A stretch of 64,000 nucleotides of DNA from a virus (lineage: Duplodnaviria; Heunggongvirae; Uroviricota; Caudoviricetes). Location of the stretch: the IMG/VR virus record IMGVR_UViG_3300031134_000612. One strand, 5' to 3'. The position numbers and the translations under genes were made by a program. The number at the start of each line of letters is the position of its first letter. The stretch's first letter is position 1. The notes under the pieces are model-generated. The model made no database searches. It saw only the letters and a program-made list of their open reading frames with translations, and had not been told where the DNA came from. Of the stretch, positions 29,585 through 38,428 are shown one piece after another.

Positions 29585-30285
29585 TAAATAGAATCCATCG
29601 CAATCAAAGTCATGTAGCGACCGATATCTTCAAATTCTGCTTCTCGAATGTCTTGTCTAGAAAACATTTTAATTCTTTTCGTTGTCAGTAAGCAAAGAAC
29701 ACGTTGACGAATAGCCTTCTTGATAATTTCGTCAACTGCTTTGATATTGTAATGCTTATCAACTTTAACCAAGAACCGTTCTTTTCGAGCCAATGGAAGT
29801 TTGATATTTAGAAAAGGAAAGAAGTTTTCACCATTAACATGAAATTTCATAGAAATTTGTACACTTGGGTAAACATTGTAGCCCTTCAGTACAGTATAAA
29901 TGGTTTCTTTATTCGCAATGACGTTTCTGTCTTTCAAAGGAATCATCATTTCATAATCAAAAGAGTCTGGTCGAAAGTTTTCAATCTCAAAAGTCGGTTG
30001 ATGGCTGACAGTTGTGGTTAACTGAGTGTTCTCCATGTGCGACATATAAAGATCAACGATTTCTTTAACAACATTAAAATCCATTGAAAATAGAGCGTAG
30101 ATCTCTTTAAGGATGTCTAATTTCAACCCAGTTAAATCAATTTCAAAAATATCTTTTTTAAAGTGGTTAATCCTAATAACTTCTTGATAGTTATTTTCTT
30201 CAATATAATATTTTACAATGCCTTCTTTTTTTTCTTCTTTATAGGCTTGAATTTGAGACAAAACAATTTCTTTAAAGTTTTTCAT
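29584..30285 (-). CDS. family member (233 aa; ends RYMTLIAMDSI)
   Basis: Tandem; 1-nt overlap. Confidence 0.55.
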   Translation of the reverse strand: MKNFKEIVLSQIQAYKEEKKEGIVKYYIEENNYQEVIRINHFKKDIFEIDLTGLKLDILKEIYALFSMDFNVVKEIVDLYMSHMENTQLTTTVSHQPTFEIENFRPDSFDYEMMIPLKDRNVIANKETIYTVLKGYNVYPSVQISMKFHVNGENFFPFLNIKLPLARKERFLVKVDKHYNIKAVDEIIKKAIRQRVLCLLTTKRIKMFSRQDIREAEFEDIGRYMTLIAMDSI

Positions 30286-30286
30286 T

Positions 30287-31021
30287 TTAAATGTTATCCA
30301 TGCTAAGAACAGTTAAGTATTGTTTAAGTGTTTCTTCATTGAATTCTACAGCATCAAAGCACTCATCGGGATAGGTATCAATTAAGAGAGCTTTAAATTC
30401 ACTCTGAACACCTTCTTTCACAAGAGCACAAGCATTGACATACAATTCATCAGTGCCAATAATCACTGAAAAATAACCTTCTTCTGAAAGTGGGAATGTG
30501 ATTTTAGCCCGTGGACAAATAACGCCATCTTTGTAATGCAAAAACAACTGGATATAAATACGTGAATCTTTCAATGTTAAGCCACCACTAAATTCTTTGG
30601 AATAATAGTTGCCATCAGCAGCGATACCTGCAAAAGAATCATATTTTGAAGCAAATTGTTCTTTAAAAATAGCTTTGACATAGAAATGTTCAAATTTATG
30701 CATTTTAAACTCATGCATATGGCTGACATAGGCAGCACAAATGGAATCAACTTTTTCGAAGTCAAACCCAAACGACTTGTAGATTTCACGCTCCATCAAT
30801 GAATGCTTACTGGAAAATACATAGATGTCGGAATAGTCTTTAAAAAAGTTATTTTCAATATTACTAGCTGTAAAAAAATCTAATGCCGACCAATTAGCCG
30901 CTCGTTTAGTCAACACTAATGAGTTTTTATGAATACCCTCGAAAGTAAGCTCATAATCATCAAAAGAAAATGACTTAATCGTTTCAACGATATGAATAAG
31001 ACCTTGTTTATTTTCAATCAT
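30287..31021 (-). CDS. family member (244 aa; ends YLTVLSMDNI)
   Basis: Tandem. Confidence 0.55.
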   Translation of the reverse strand: MIENKQGLIHIVETIKSFSFDDYELTFEGIHKNSLVLTKRAANWSALDFFTASNIENNFFKDYSDIYVFSSKHSLMEREIYKSFGFDFEKVDSICAAYVSHMHEFKMHKFEHFYVKAIFKEQFASKYDSFAGIAADGNYYSKEFSGGLTLKDSRIYIQLFLHYKDGVICPRAKITFPLSEEGYFSVIIGTDELYVNACALVKEGVQSEFKALLIDTYPDECFDAVEFNEETLKQYLTVLSMDNI

Positions 31022-31437
31022 GAATTAAACCCCACACTAGATTCAGCCAATTTAATAGAAACCCAATCAGGCAAAGAAAGGACACTAAAATCGCAAATAT
31101 CAGTGGCATTAACAAATGAACTCAAGGAAACCTTAAATTCACCATGGACAAAAATAGTGTGATTGGTTTCAAAATTGTTTTGTTCATCAAAAGAATGCGT
31201 AAAAGCTTTCAGAGCTTCATCATAACCTTTCATACCTTCTTCAAGCTTTTTGTAATCATCCAGATCATTTTGAACTTGGATATCAAGATCACGCCAACGT
31301 GTAAAGAATGTAAACAAAGCATTTCTAAACAAGTTATCAAATTCAATAACAGAAAGAGATGTCTCAATGACAATCACGGAGGATTCAGTGGTTTTGCCAT
31401 GATGATGAAATGTTTTTGAAATAACAATCTGATTCAT
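31018..31437 (-). CDS. hypothetical protein (about 139 aa), not a family member
   Basis: ORF trimmed to MNQIVIS, which has an AGAGAG SD; 4-nt overlap with the downstream gene. Confidence 0.4.
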   Translation of the reverse strand: MNQIVISKTFHHHGKTTESSVIVIETSLSVIEFDNLFRNALFTFFTRWRDLDIQVQNDLDDYKKLEEGMKGYDEALKAFTHSFDEQNNFETNHTIFVHGEFKVSLSSFVNATDICDFSVLSLPDWVSIKLAESSVGFNS

Positions 31438-31541
31438 AAATGATAATCTCTCTATAAAAATAATGCTATAATTATAGCATAGTGACAATTTTTAAGCAAT
31501 AAAAAAGAACCAGAAGGTTCTTTCTTAATGAGATTGAGTAA

Positions 31542-32444
31542 TTAAACTTTATGAGCACCCAAATCAGTTGATCTCAAACCGGCTACCAAACTAGTCAATT
31601 CTTTCAGTTCAGCATTAGTACCTGCATCACTGATAATAAGTGAACCTTTACCGTTTGCAACGTCACGTAATGTGTCAAATTTGTTCAATTGAAGTATCAT
31701 AGCCACTGCCATTTCATTAGAAATATTCAATGAAGAAGAAAGATTTTCAATGGCTTCATTAAAACCACGGCTAATAGCAAGACGCTGATCGGCAATACCT
31801 TCACCTTGTAGTTTCTTGGATTCTTTTTGAGCCTGAGCTTCTGCAACAATAGTAATTCTTGATGCTTCTGCACGATTCTTAGCAGCTTCCTTTTCACGCT
31901 CAGAAGCGGTTACTGAGTTATAAGAATCTTGTACATCGCTGGTTGGGATTGGTTCATCCACTAATACAGCCACAATTTTAAAACCAAATTCGCTCATTTT
32001 TGATGACAACACTTCTTCAATAACATCTTGAATTTCATCACGAACGCTATAAAGTTCCAAGAATGTTTTCTTACCTACTTCGGAACGAACAAGGTTGCTC
32101 ACATAGCTAATGATTTGAGTTTCTGGATCATCAAGTTCATAAGCAGCTTTTTCAGCGTCAACAACATGATATTGAACGTTGATAGGATATTTGATAAATA
32201 GGTTATCGTTCGTTTTCAATTCAAGAACAGTGCTCAATTGTAAAATGTTAAGTGGAACCACTTTATCAACTGCTTGAATCGGCCAAGGAAGTTTGAAAGA
32301 CAAACCTGCTGGTTTAATAGCCGAGAACTTACCAAATGTCACAATTACTGACACATGTTTGTTTTTTGTTAATACAACACAAGAGGAAATTACTAATCCA
32401 ATGAAGGCAATTAATATAAATCCTACGAAAATGTTTCCAATCAT
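31542..32444 (-). CDS. SPFH/band-7 (stomatin/prohibitin/HflC-like) membrane protein
   Basis: N-terminal TM segment, then an SPFH core, then an Ala/Glu/Lys-rich coiled-coil (REKEAAKNRAEASRITIVAEAQAQKESKKLQGEGIADQR) typical of band-7 proteins. Confidence 0.8.
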   Translation of the reverse strand: MIGNIFVGFILIAFIGLVISSCVVLTKNKHVSVIVTFGKFSAIKPAGLSFKLPWPIQAVDKVVPLNILQLSTVLELKTNDNLFIKYPINVQYHVVDAEKAAYELDDPETQIISYVSNLVRSEVGKKTFLELYSVRDEIQDVIEEVLSSKMSEFGFKIVAVLVDEPIPTSDVQDSYNSVTASEREKEAAKNRAEASRITIVAEAQAQKESKKLQGEGIADQRLAISRGFNEAIENLSSSLNISNEMAVAMILQLNKFDTLRDVANGKGSLIISDAGTNAELKELTSLVAGLRSTDLGAHKV

Positions 32445-32529
32445 ATATTTCTCCTTTTAAATAAATGCTTTTTTAGTATGAATTAAAAAAGATAATTGTC
32501 AAATATGAGAAATCTATTTTTTGGAAAAT

Positions 32530-32558
32530 AAAAATGAGGCCGAAGCCCCATTTAAACA
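32530..32558 (-). terminator. rho-independent terminator (GGC-CGAA-GCC type hairpin; T-run on minus)
   Basis: Imperfect 7-bp stem with a CGAA loop and a T-run in the minus orientation, after 32569..33099. Confidence 0.5.
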
Positions 32559-32568
32559 GGATAATACT

Positions 32569-33099
32569 TTAAAAATTTTCTGGAAGTTCAATTAACTCAC
32601 GAGATGTCAAATCCCAGAAATTTGTGTAGACAGTGGCATCAGTTAACTGTCTTTTACGTTGTTCTTCATAAATATAATTACAAATGGCACGAACACTGTC
32701 TTCTGCATCACGATATCCACGGTAGAACGATTTAAAATTTGAAACGGATTCTATATTGAATTGTTTAAAAAGCAGAAAAATTAAAGTACCTTCTTGATTT
32801 TTTTTAGATAACTCACCAAATTTTTGAATGTTTTTTCGTGTTACACCTTGTGCTGAGATGCTACGCTGGAGAGAAGAGAACTGGTGAAGTATTTGTTCAA
32901 TTGCAAATGTATAACTAATGGAGTAATACTTGAAAGAATCAGCAGTATCTTTGATTTTGTAATTGATAACAGCTTCTTCAAATTGAAAACGATAATCAAC
33001 AAGTTTTTTACGAATAGGCACTTCAATCAAGTTTGTCTCTGCATAGTGAACATTACCACTTTTTTGAGACTTAAACAGTTTACTGAGTGAAGAATTCAT
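32569..33099 (-). CDS. hypothetical protein (176 aa)
   Basis: ORF with no recognised domain. Confidence 0.45.
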   Translation of the reverse strand: MNSSLSKLFKSQKSGNVHYAETNLIEVPIRKKLVDYRFQFEEAVINYKIKDTADSFKYYSISYTFAIEQILHQFSSLQRSISAQGVTRKNIQKFGELSKKNQEGTLIFLLFKQFNIESVSNFKSFYRGYRDAEDSVRAICNYIYEEQRKRQLTDATVYTNFWDLTSRELIELPENF

Positions 33100-33234
33100 T
33101 TTTAGCTCCTGTCAATTAAGTAGAACCTATTATAACACATTTTTAGAAAAAACAAAATATTTTAATGTTCACTTATCTTTTTTAAAATCTATGGTAAAAT
33201 AAATAACAAAGGAAAACAAATAATTAGGTGTAGT

Positions 33235-34083
33235 ATGAGTTTATTTCGTAAAAAAACAGCCGACGAAATGCAAGACAGAATAATTCAAACGATTCAAGAT
33301 TACAAAGATTCATTCAATGCAAGAGACGTATTAGAAGAAAAAATAAAAGAAAGTAGACTAAAAGCTACTGTTAGCTTTGTAGCGGGAGCTACTGCTGGCG
33401 TAGGCGGATTTGTTGCGGTTGCTGCGGCTGCTGCTGGTGTCATTGCAGCTCCAATTGCGATGACAGCATTAACAGTAGGAACAGGTCTTGGTTGGATTGG
33501 AGTGGCCTATGCTGGTATTAATCATCTTGTGAAAAAACATCATGAAAAAGCATATTATGAAGCGGGAACAAGTCATGCAATGTATAAAAATGAGCAATCA
33601 TTTGAAAAGAAATTAAATAAAATATTATCAAAAACTGAACACGGAAAACTTAATAGTGATGAAATGTTCAAATTGAAAACAGCCGTAGTCAATGACACTG
33701 GAACATCACTTGACCAAGCATTAAGAGACATGAATTTACCAGACACAAAACATAAGAAAGTCTTCAAAGAAAGTATTTCAGGTAAATTGGAAGAAAGCGT
33801 TGAAAGAATATTGCCACAATCATTCTACTCAACCAGAAAAGAAAGCTTAAAAACTGGGTTAGGCTTAACCGTTGCAATGGGTGGTGCAATTGCTGCTGTT
33901 GGCGGAATTTCGGCAGCATCTTTAATGGTAACAGGTCTAGGAGTGATAGCCAGTGCAGGAGCGTTGACGTGGGGTGGAATAAGATTAGCAGCAGAAGCCA
34001 TTGAAAACCGTCAAATAAAGAAACATTTCGCTAACAAAAACGATGAAGATGTTGGCACAAGAAAAGCTAAATTAGCAATATAA
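33235..34083 (+). CDS. membrane protein with two Gly/Ala-zipper hydrophobic hairpins separated by a charged helical region
   Basis: AGATAGVGGFVAVAAAAAGVIAAPIAMTALTVGTGLGWIGVAYAG, and later GLGLTVAMGGAIAAVGGISAASLMVTGLGVIASAGALTWGG; SD present. Confidence 0.55.
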   Translation: MSLFRKKTADEMQDRIIQTIQDYKDSFNARDVLEEKIKESRLKATVSFVAGATAGVGGFVAVAAAAAGVIAAPIAMTALTVGTGLGWIGVAYAGINHLVKKHHEKAYYEAGTSHAMYKNEQSFEKKLNKILSKTEHGKLNSDEMFKLKTAVVNDTGTSLDQALRDMNLPDTKHKKVFKESISGKLEESVERILPQSFYSTRKESLKTGLGLTVAMGGAIAAVGGISAASLMVTGLGVIASAGALTWGGIRLAAEAIENRQIKKHFANKNDEDVGTRKAKLAI

Positions 34084-34112
34084 AAAAAGGCACTTAGGTG
34101 CCTTCTTTTTTA
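34082..34112. terminator. bidirectional terminator (GGCAC-TTAG-GTGCC core, identical to 28290)
   Basis: A-run, hairpin, T-run. Confidence 0.65.
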
Positions 34113-34393
34113 ACAGTGAGATTGGAAACGAACCAGTCTTCAAGTGTTTGAATACGCGGCTCATTGAATTCAAAACCTTTTTGTTTTTCTTTGTTTTTAA
34201 AATAACCAAAATGCAATACATCAAATTCTCGGCCAATGAATTGAAAGGCGTAAGCTTTACGCTCGACCGCTTCCAAACAAGCTGTCATCATATCATAAAG
34301 AAATTGTTCTTTGTTCTCATATTCAAAAGGAACGATATCGGTTCCCCACCAAGTACATTCATCACCGATGGAATATTCCATAACAAATCTCAT
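34094..34393 (-). CDS. hypothetical protein (about 99 aa)
   Basis: ORF trimmed to MRFVMEY, which has a GAGGAAA SD; the N-terminal extension in the track lacks an SD. Confidence 0.4.
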   Translation of the reverse strand: MRFVMEYSIGDECTWWGTDIVPFEYENKEQFLYDMMTACLEAVERKAYAFQFIGREFDVLHFGYFKNKEKQKGFEFNEPRIQTLEDWFVSNLTVKKEGT

Positions 34394-34528
34394 ATTGATT
34401 TCCTCAATTAGTTTAATTGCAGCTATTATAACAGAAATCATAAGAAAAGTAACGAAATTTCGAAAAAAATATTGATTGAAAAAGAAATATGAACCTGTTA
34501 AAATAGACAACAAACTTATAGGTAAAAA

Positions 34529-35461
34529 ATGAAAATAAGCCAAGAAGAACTAGAAATCATAAAGAATAAAGCCAGTCAATGTGATTTAAAAATCATTGAT
34601 GGATACGTCATGTTAAAAGATAACACTCCAGTAGACGTGCTCAATTATATTATCAATAAGTATCCTGATGTAAGCGATATTCATTTTGGAACAACACCAC
34701 GCGAAACATACAGAACAGGTTCTCTTTATATTTACGGAACAAAAGACAGATATACTGATGGGTTTATCACTTCACATAACCAAGATGTTGTAATTTCTAT
34801 TGATGGGTTAAATTTTAAACATGATGAAATTAATAAACATATACTCGAAATGGATGACTTTTCTAATCCCGCCATTGATAAAACGTTCAGTTTTAACTCA
34901 ACATCAGATTTTTTTGAACCGTATCAATTTCGTGTGGCAATAAGCAGCACAACACTTTCATGCAGACGATTTAAAAACATAAAACCACCTACATTTAGTT
35001 TAAATGAAATAAAGACTACCGAAAATATAGAACCTGAGCGTAATCGAAAATCATTTAATTTTGATGAACATCTTGATTTAACAGGAGATGAAAGGTTATA
35101 TTCTAGTATTAAAAATGTGAATAACGAACAAATAGATAAATTAAAATTGCTGTATCAAGACAAAATAGATTCTATTGCATCAAAATATAAGTTGACTGAA
35201 AATGGTAAGATTAACACTATTGTTGACTTAAAAACTGGAGAATTTAAGTTTTACAAAAGAATTGCTTTTCATCAATATCAACATTGTGAAATCTTATATT
35301 ATATTTTAAACAACTTTGAAGATCTTAACAACACTCTCTATAAATCTATCATAGAAGACGTTGAAAAGTATACCAGTCAAATGTTGGGATATGACGTTAA
35401 GTTTAATGATAAAATAATAGTTAAATCTTACATAGACTTAATTAGCATGACAGCTATTTGA
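34529..35461 (+). CDS. family-like member (310 aa; ends YIDLISMTAI)
   Basis: Family C-terminal tail; plus strand. Confidence 0.5.
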   Translation: MKISQEELEIIKNKASQCDLKIIDGYVMLKDNTPVDVLNYIINKYPDVSDIHFGTTPRETYRTGSLYIYGTKDRYTDGFITSHNQDVVISIDGLNFKHDEINKHILEMDDFSNPAIDKTFSFNSTSDFFEPYQFRVAISSTTLSCRRFKNIKPPTFSLNEIKTTENIEPERNRKSFNFDEHLDLTGDERLYSSIKNVNNEQIDKLKLLYQDKIDSIASKYKLTENGKINTIVDLKTGEFKFYKRIAFHQYQHCEILYYILNNFEDLNNTLYKSIIEDVEKYTSQMLGYDVKFNDKIIVKSYIDLISMTAI

Positions 35462-35557
35462 CACTATTATATTATCCTCTATAAATAAGATAAATTATTG
35501 ACTTTGATAATAAATACAGTAGCATGATTATATATAATTATAACAATAGGAATCATC

Positions 35558-36307
35558 GTGTCTAAAATATTAAAAATCACACCATTATTAGCTGCTATGT
35601 TAATGTTATCACCTACTTTCGCTGAATATAGAGTCAACATGCCACTTGAAAATACACAAGGAGGAAGATTGCCAAATGGAAGCATTTCATTTGGTGATAA
35701 AAACAATTCAGGAAATGAACAAACTCCACCCAGTACAAATTGTATCTATAACAGTATGACATTTGTTCAAGTTTTGAATAATTCAAATGAAAATTTTCAG
35801 GCTGGTGACAAAGTGTTTCTTTACAATGGTAAGCTAATAGGTTTTTATAGCCCATCAAACGGTAGGTCATCACCTAATGGATTAAGTTCTGGACAACAGC
35901 AAAAAGTTGAAGAAGAAAGTACTAATTTTGAACTATGTGGAGATAATTTAGAAACATACCCAGAAGTTCCACCAGTTCTAACAGGGCCACCTATTGAAAA
36001 TCCAGAACTCCCAACAGAAGATCCTGTTGACGATAACGAATCTGATACAACACCTGAATGCATATTTGATATAAATACAGATTATTCAGCTCGTGATGAA
36101 AATACTGGAAAATATATTATGTATTCTGCTGCTTTTGGGATATCCGTAACTTCAAATAATTGGTATTATGTTCCTGATGATTATGACCCTCAAAGAGAAG
36201 GTTCCTATATATATTTAGATAATGGTGATGCGGCTGAAAGAGTTGAAGGTTCAGATCCTGATTATACTTATGCAGGTATATGCAGGGTTAGAAAAATGTT
36301 ATTGTAA
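35558..36307 (+). CDS. secreted protein (signal peptide MSKILKITPLLAAMLMLSPTFA) with a Pro/Glu-rich linker
   Basis: N-terminal hydrophobic signal ending in an AxA-like TFA; the alternative start codon reported by the track is GTG, with AGGAA upstream. Confidence 0.5.
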   Translation: MSKILKITPLLAAMLMLSPTFAEYRVNMPLENTQGGRLPNGSISFGDKNNSGNEQTPPSTNCIYNSMTFVQVLNNSNENFQAGDKVFLYNGKLIGFYSPSNGRSSPNGLSSGQQQKVEEESTNFELCGDNLETYPEVPPVLTGPPIENPELPTEDPVDDNESDTTPECIFDINTDYSARDENTGKYIMYSAAFGISVTSNNWYYVPDDYDPQREGSYIYLDNGDAAERVEGSDPDYTYAGICRVRKMLL

Positions 36308-36384
36308 TAAAAAACACTTAGAAATAAGTGTTTTTTTCATGAATGTAATAATTATGTAAACCTTATTGTAAATGATTATTGTTT

Positions 36385-36393
36385 TGGTATAAT
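36385..36393 (+). promoter_or_regulatory. extended -10 promoter element TGGTATAAT upstream of 36426
   Basis: Same motif as at 3246 and 11136. Confidence 0.45.
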
Positions 36394-36425
36394 ATGATCA
36401 ATATAACACCTATAAGGAGTTGACT

Positions 36426-36842
36426 ATGAAAAAGATAATCACAAGTCTCGTTTTAGCAAGCACATTACTATCAGTAGGTGTAGCTCAAGCACGCGGTGGA
36501 CATTATCACGGTGGCGGAAATGATTTCGGAAGATTTGTGGGATATACTGCGGCTGCAGCTTTAACAGTTGGAGCAGTTTCTTATGTCATTAATTCTGGAA
36601 ATAGTAATGCTTATAATAACGGCTACAACAGAGGCTATAATGATAATTATAGGTATGAAGCTGCAAGACAACAAGCCGCGTATGATTACGAAATGAGCAG
36701 ACGTTATCAACCACAACCTGTGTACTATTCACAACCCGTGTATTATGCTCCACCAGTAAGACAGCAAGTTATTTATGTAAATCAACCTGCTTACTACGCA
36801 CCACCTGTGCAACGTGTCTACTACAACAGCTATTATCCTTAA
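36426..36842 (+). CDS. secreted Tyr/Asn/Pro-rich repeat protein (signal peptide, then QPVYY-(S/A)-QPVYYAPPV repeats)
   Basis: ATG with AAGGAG 7 nt upstream (the track starts at an upstream TTG). Signal peptide KKIITSLVLASTLLSVGVAQA; C-terminal low-complexity repeats. Confidence 0.55.
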   Translation: MKKIITSLVLASTLLSVGVAQARGGHYHGGGNDFGRFVGYTAAAALTVGAVSYVINSGNSNAYNNGYNRGYNDNYRYEAARQQAAYDYEMSRRYQPQPVYYSQPVYYAPPVRQQVIYVNQPAYYAPPVQRVYYNSYYP

Positions 36843-36851
36843 AAAAGATAT

Positions 36852-36878
36852 AAAAAAAGACCTGAGAAGGTCTTTTTT
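36852..36878. terminator. bidirectional terminator (AGACCT-GAGA-AGGTCT)
   Basis: A-run, hairpin, T-run. Confidence 0.6.
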
Positions 36879-36887
36879 ATTGTCTAC

Positions 36888-37055
36888 TTATTTGTAATGG
36901 GCTTTAAATCTTTCCAGATCTTCTGGACTTAGATCACCACCTTCCCAATCAAGAATACCTAAACGATCATCAATACGCCATTGAGATTCTGGTGAAAGTT
37001 TAAAATAATCAGTGGGTCTTTGAAAACTCTTTTCAAACATCTCTCGTTGATTCAT
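36888..37055 (-). CDS. small hypothetical protein (55 aa, MNQREMFEKSFQRPTDYFKLSPESQWRIDDRLGILDWEGGDLSPEDLERFKAHYK)
   Basis: Internal Met with AAAGGAG 7 nt upstream; the longer listed ORF would run through the tRNA-like region. Confidence 0.45.
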   Translation of the reverse strand: MNQREMFEKSFQRPTDYFKLSPESQWRIDDRLGILDWEGGDLSPEDLERFKAHYK

Positions 37056-37082
37056 ATTAGTTCTCCTTTGAAATTGGTTAGG

Positions 37083-37190
37083 ACCATCATGCTTTGCACC
37101 ATGCACTGAAGGAGTCGAACCTTCTAGTTTAGGGACTCGAACCCCGCTTAACACAACAGACTACTGCCGTTCGCCATCACGTCCTAAATC
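37083..37190 (-). other. degenerate tRNA-like element: two tandem T-arm-like motifs (GGGGTTCGAGTCCC and GAAGGTTCGACTCCTTC) without a complete cloverleaf
   Basis: Minus-strand T-loop consensus (TTCGAGT and TTCGACT, each with a flanking stem). No acceptor, D or anticodon arms could be folded. Possibly a tRNA pseudogene or fragment. Confidence 0.3.
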
Positions 37191-37226
37191 TGGTGAATGG
37201 ATGTATTACATCTCATTCATTTTTAT

Positions 37227-38066
37227 TCATAGTCTAATCATATCTGAAAGCTTTAACACGTCTCTATAATCAGCCGTCAAATCTAGGTTATATTCGTCAT
37301 TCTTCATAGGCTTCAAATTTTTACAAGCCAAATCATAGAAGTAACGGTATACATAATCTTGTAGCTCACTTTCAGCAATCACTAGTGTCTCATCTGGAAC
37401 TAATTCATCTAAGGCTTTCAAGGAATCTTTATAATTTTCTTTTGGTTGGCTAGTAATAAAAAGTTCTTGTGAACTTTTAGTATACGTCATATTGACAACC
37501 ACTTGATCCAAATCTTGTGTAAATAAAAGTTTATCAGTTTCTAGACTTTCATAATAAGCAAAAATACAGATTGAATATTTTAACACAAAGGAAAAGAAAC
37601 TTCTATGAATATCTACAAAATCAGTGCCTGAAAAATAAAATTCATTATCATGCTGCATAATACAGATTTCACGTTGTTCAAGATCTGGCCCATCGGAGTA
37701 ACTGAAAAAATAAAGCATTTCTTTTGGATGTAATATAAAACTAATATTGTGCTTATCTTTTAAACGATCAAAAATAGTATCAGCTAACACATCAGTAACA
37801 TGAAAGAATATAGGATACTCTAAATAACGAATAATTCCATCTACTGTTGAATTTGCATTAACGTAGAAATTACGAGCAACTGTTTTCAAAACGCATTGAT
37901 TATTTTTGTAAAAATGAATATCTTTGAAATTGGTCAATGTACACGATACGCCATTACTAGAAAAGGCGTGCATTGTTTTTGTAGTGTCATCATAATAGAA
38001 GCTGATTTCAACACCATAAACACAAGATGTTTTAATAAACCAGTGTTTTTCAACATGTGGATGCAT
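37227..38066 (-). CDS. family-like member (279 aa; ends DVLKLSDMIRL)
   Basis: Size and C-terminal pattern. Confidence 0.5.
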   Translation of the reverse strand: MHPHVEKHWFIKTSCVYGVEISFYYDDTTKTMHAFSSNGVSCTLTNFKDIHFYKNNQCVLKTVARNFYVNANSTVDGIIRYLEYPIFFHVTDVLADTIFDRLKDKHNISFILHPKEMLYFFSYSDGPDLEQREICIMQHDNEFYFSGTDFVDIHRSFFSFVLKYSICIFAYYESLETDKLLFTQDLDQVVVNMTYTKSSQELFITSQPKENYKDSLKALDELVPDETLVIAESELQDYVYRYFYDLACKNLKPMKNDEYNLDLTADYRDVLKLSDMIRL

Positions 38067-38121
38067 AACAAGACCTCAAAAAAAATAAACCTTATAGAAG
38101 TATAAGATTTATGTGATAATG

Positions 38122-38196
38122 TTGAAGAGGAAGGATTTGAACCTCCGACATACCCGCCCAAAATGCAGGCTGCTCTACCCACTGAGCTACCCTTCA
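38122..38196 (-). tRNA. tRNA-Lys (anticodon UUU), enterobacterial-like
   Basis: Cloverleaf: acceptor TGAAGGG/CTCTTCA, D-arm GCTC-AGTGGGTA-GAGC, anticodon loop ATTTTGG on a CCTGC/GCGGG stem, T-arm GGAGG-TTCAAAT-CCTTC. The D-arm is identical to that of E. coli tRNA-Lys. The anticodon assignment is slightly uncertain: position 37 is G and the stem may be 6 bp. Confidence 0.65.
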
Positions 38197-38244
38197 AACT
38201 CTTTAGAAAACAATAGAGCAACTAGGTTACTCTATTTTTAAAAT

Positions 38245-38321
38245 TGGTCGGAGTGGCAAGATTCGAACTTGCGGCATCTTGCTCCCAAAGCAAGCGGTCT
38301 ACCGGGCTGACCTACACTCCG
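38245..38321 (-). tRNA. tRNA-Pro (anticodon UGG) with encoded CCA
   Basis: Acceptor CGGAGTG/CACTCCG-A-CCA, D-arm GGTC-AGCCCGGTA-GACC, anticodon arm CTTGC-TTTGGGA-GCAAG, T-arm GCAAG-TTCGAAT-CTTGC. The anticodon loop matches that of E. coli proM. Confidence 0.85.
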
Positions 38322-38428
38322 TTTCGATAAGTAAATAATACGATATTTAACAACACTTGTCAATATTTTTTTTGACATTCCTCAAAAAAGAGTAAAATAA
38401 GAAGAATTAATAATTATTACCTAACCTT

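Noticed and set aside
36888-37154. 88-aa version of the small minus-strand ORF
   Set aside because: The N-terminal 33 codons run through the tRNA-like element and lack an SD. The internal Met with AAAGGAG is the plausible start.
37083-37190. Interpretation as a complete third tRNA (possibly type II or selenocysteine-like)
   Set aside because: Two T-arm motifs are evident, but I could not fold acceptor, D or anticodon arms with acceptable pairing. I kept it as a degenerate tRNA-like element pending tRNAscan.
37934-38221. 95-aa minus-strand ORF
   Set aside because: It overlaps the tRNA-Lys gene and the 5' end of the 37227-38066 gene, so it is spurious.
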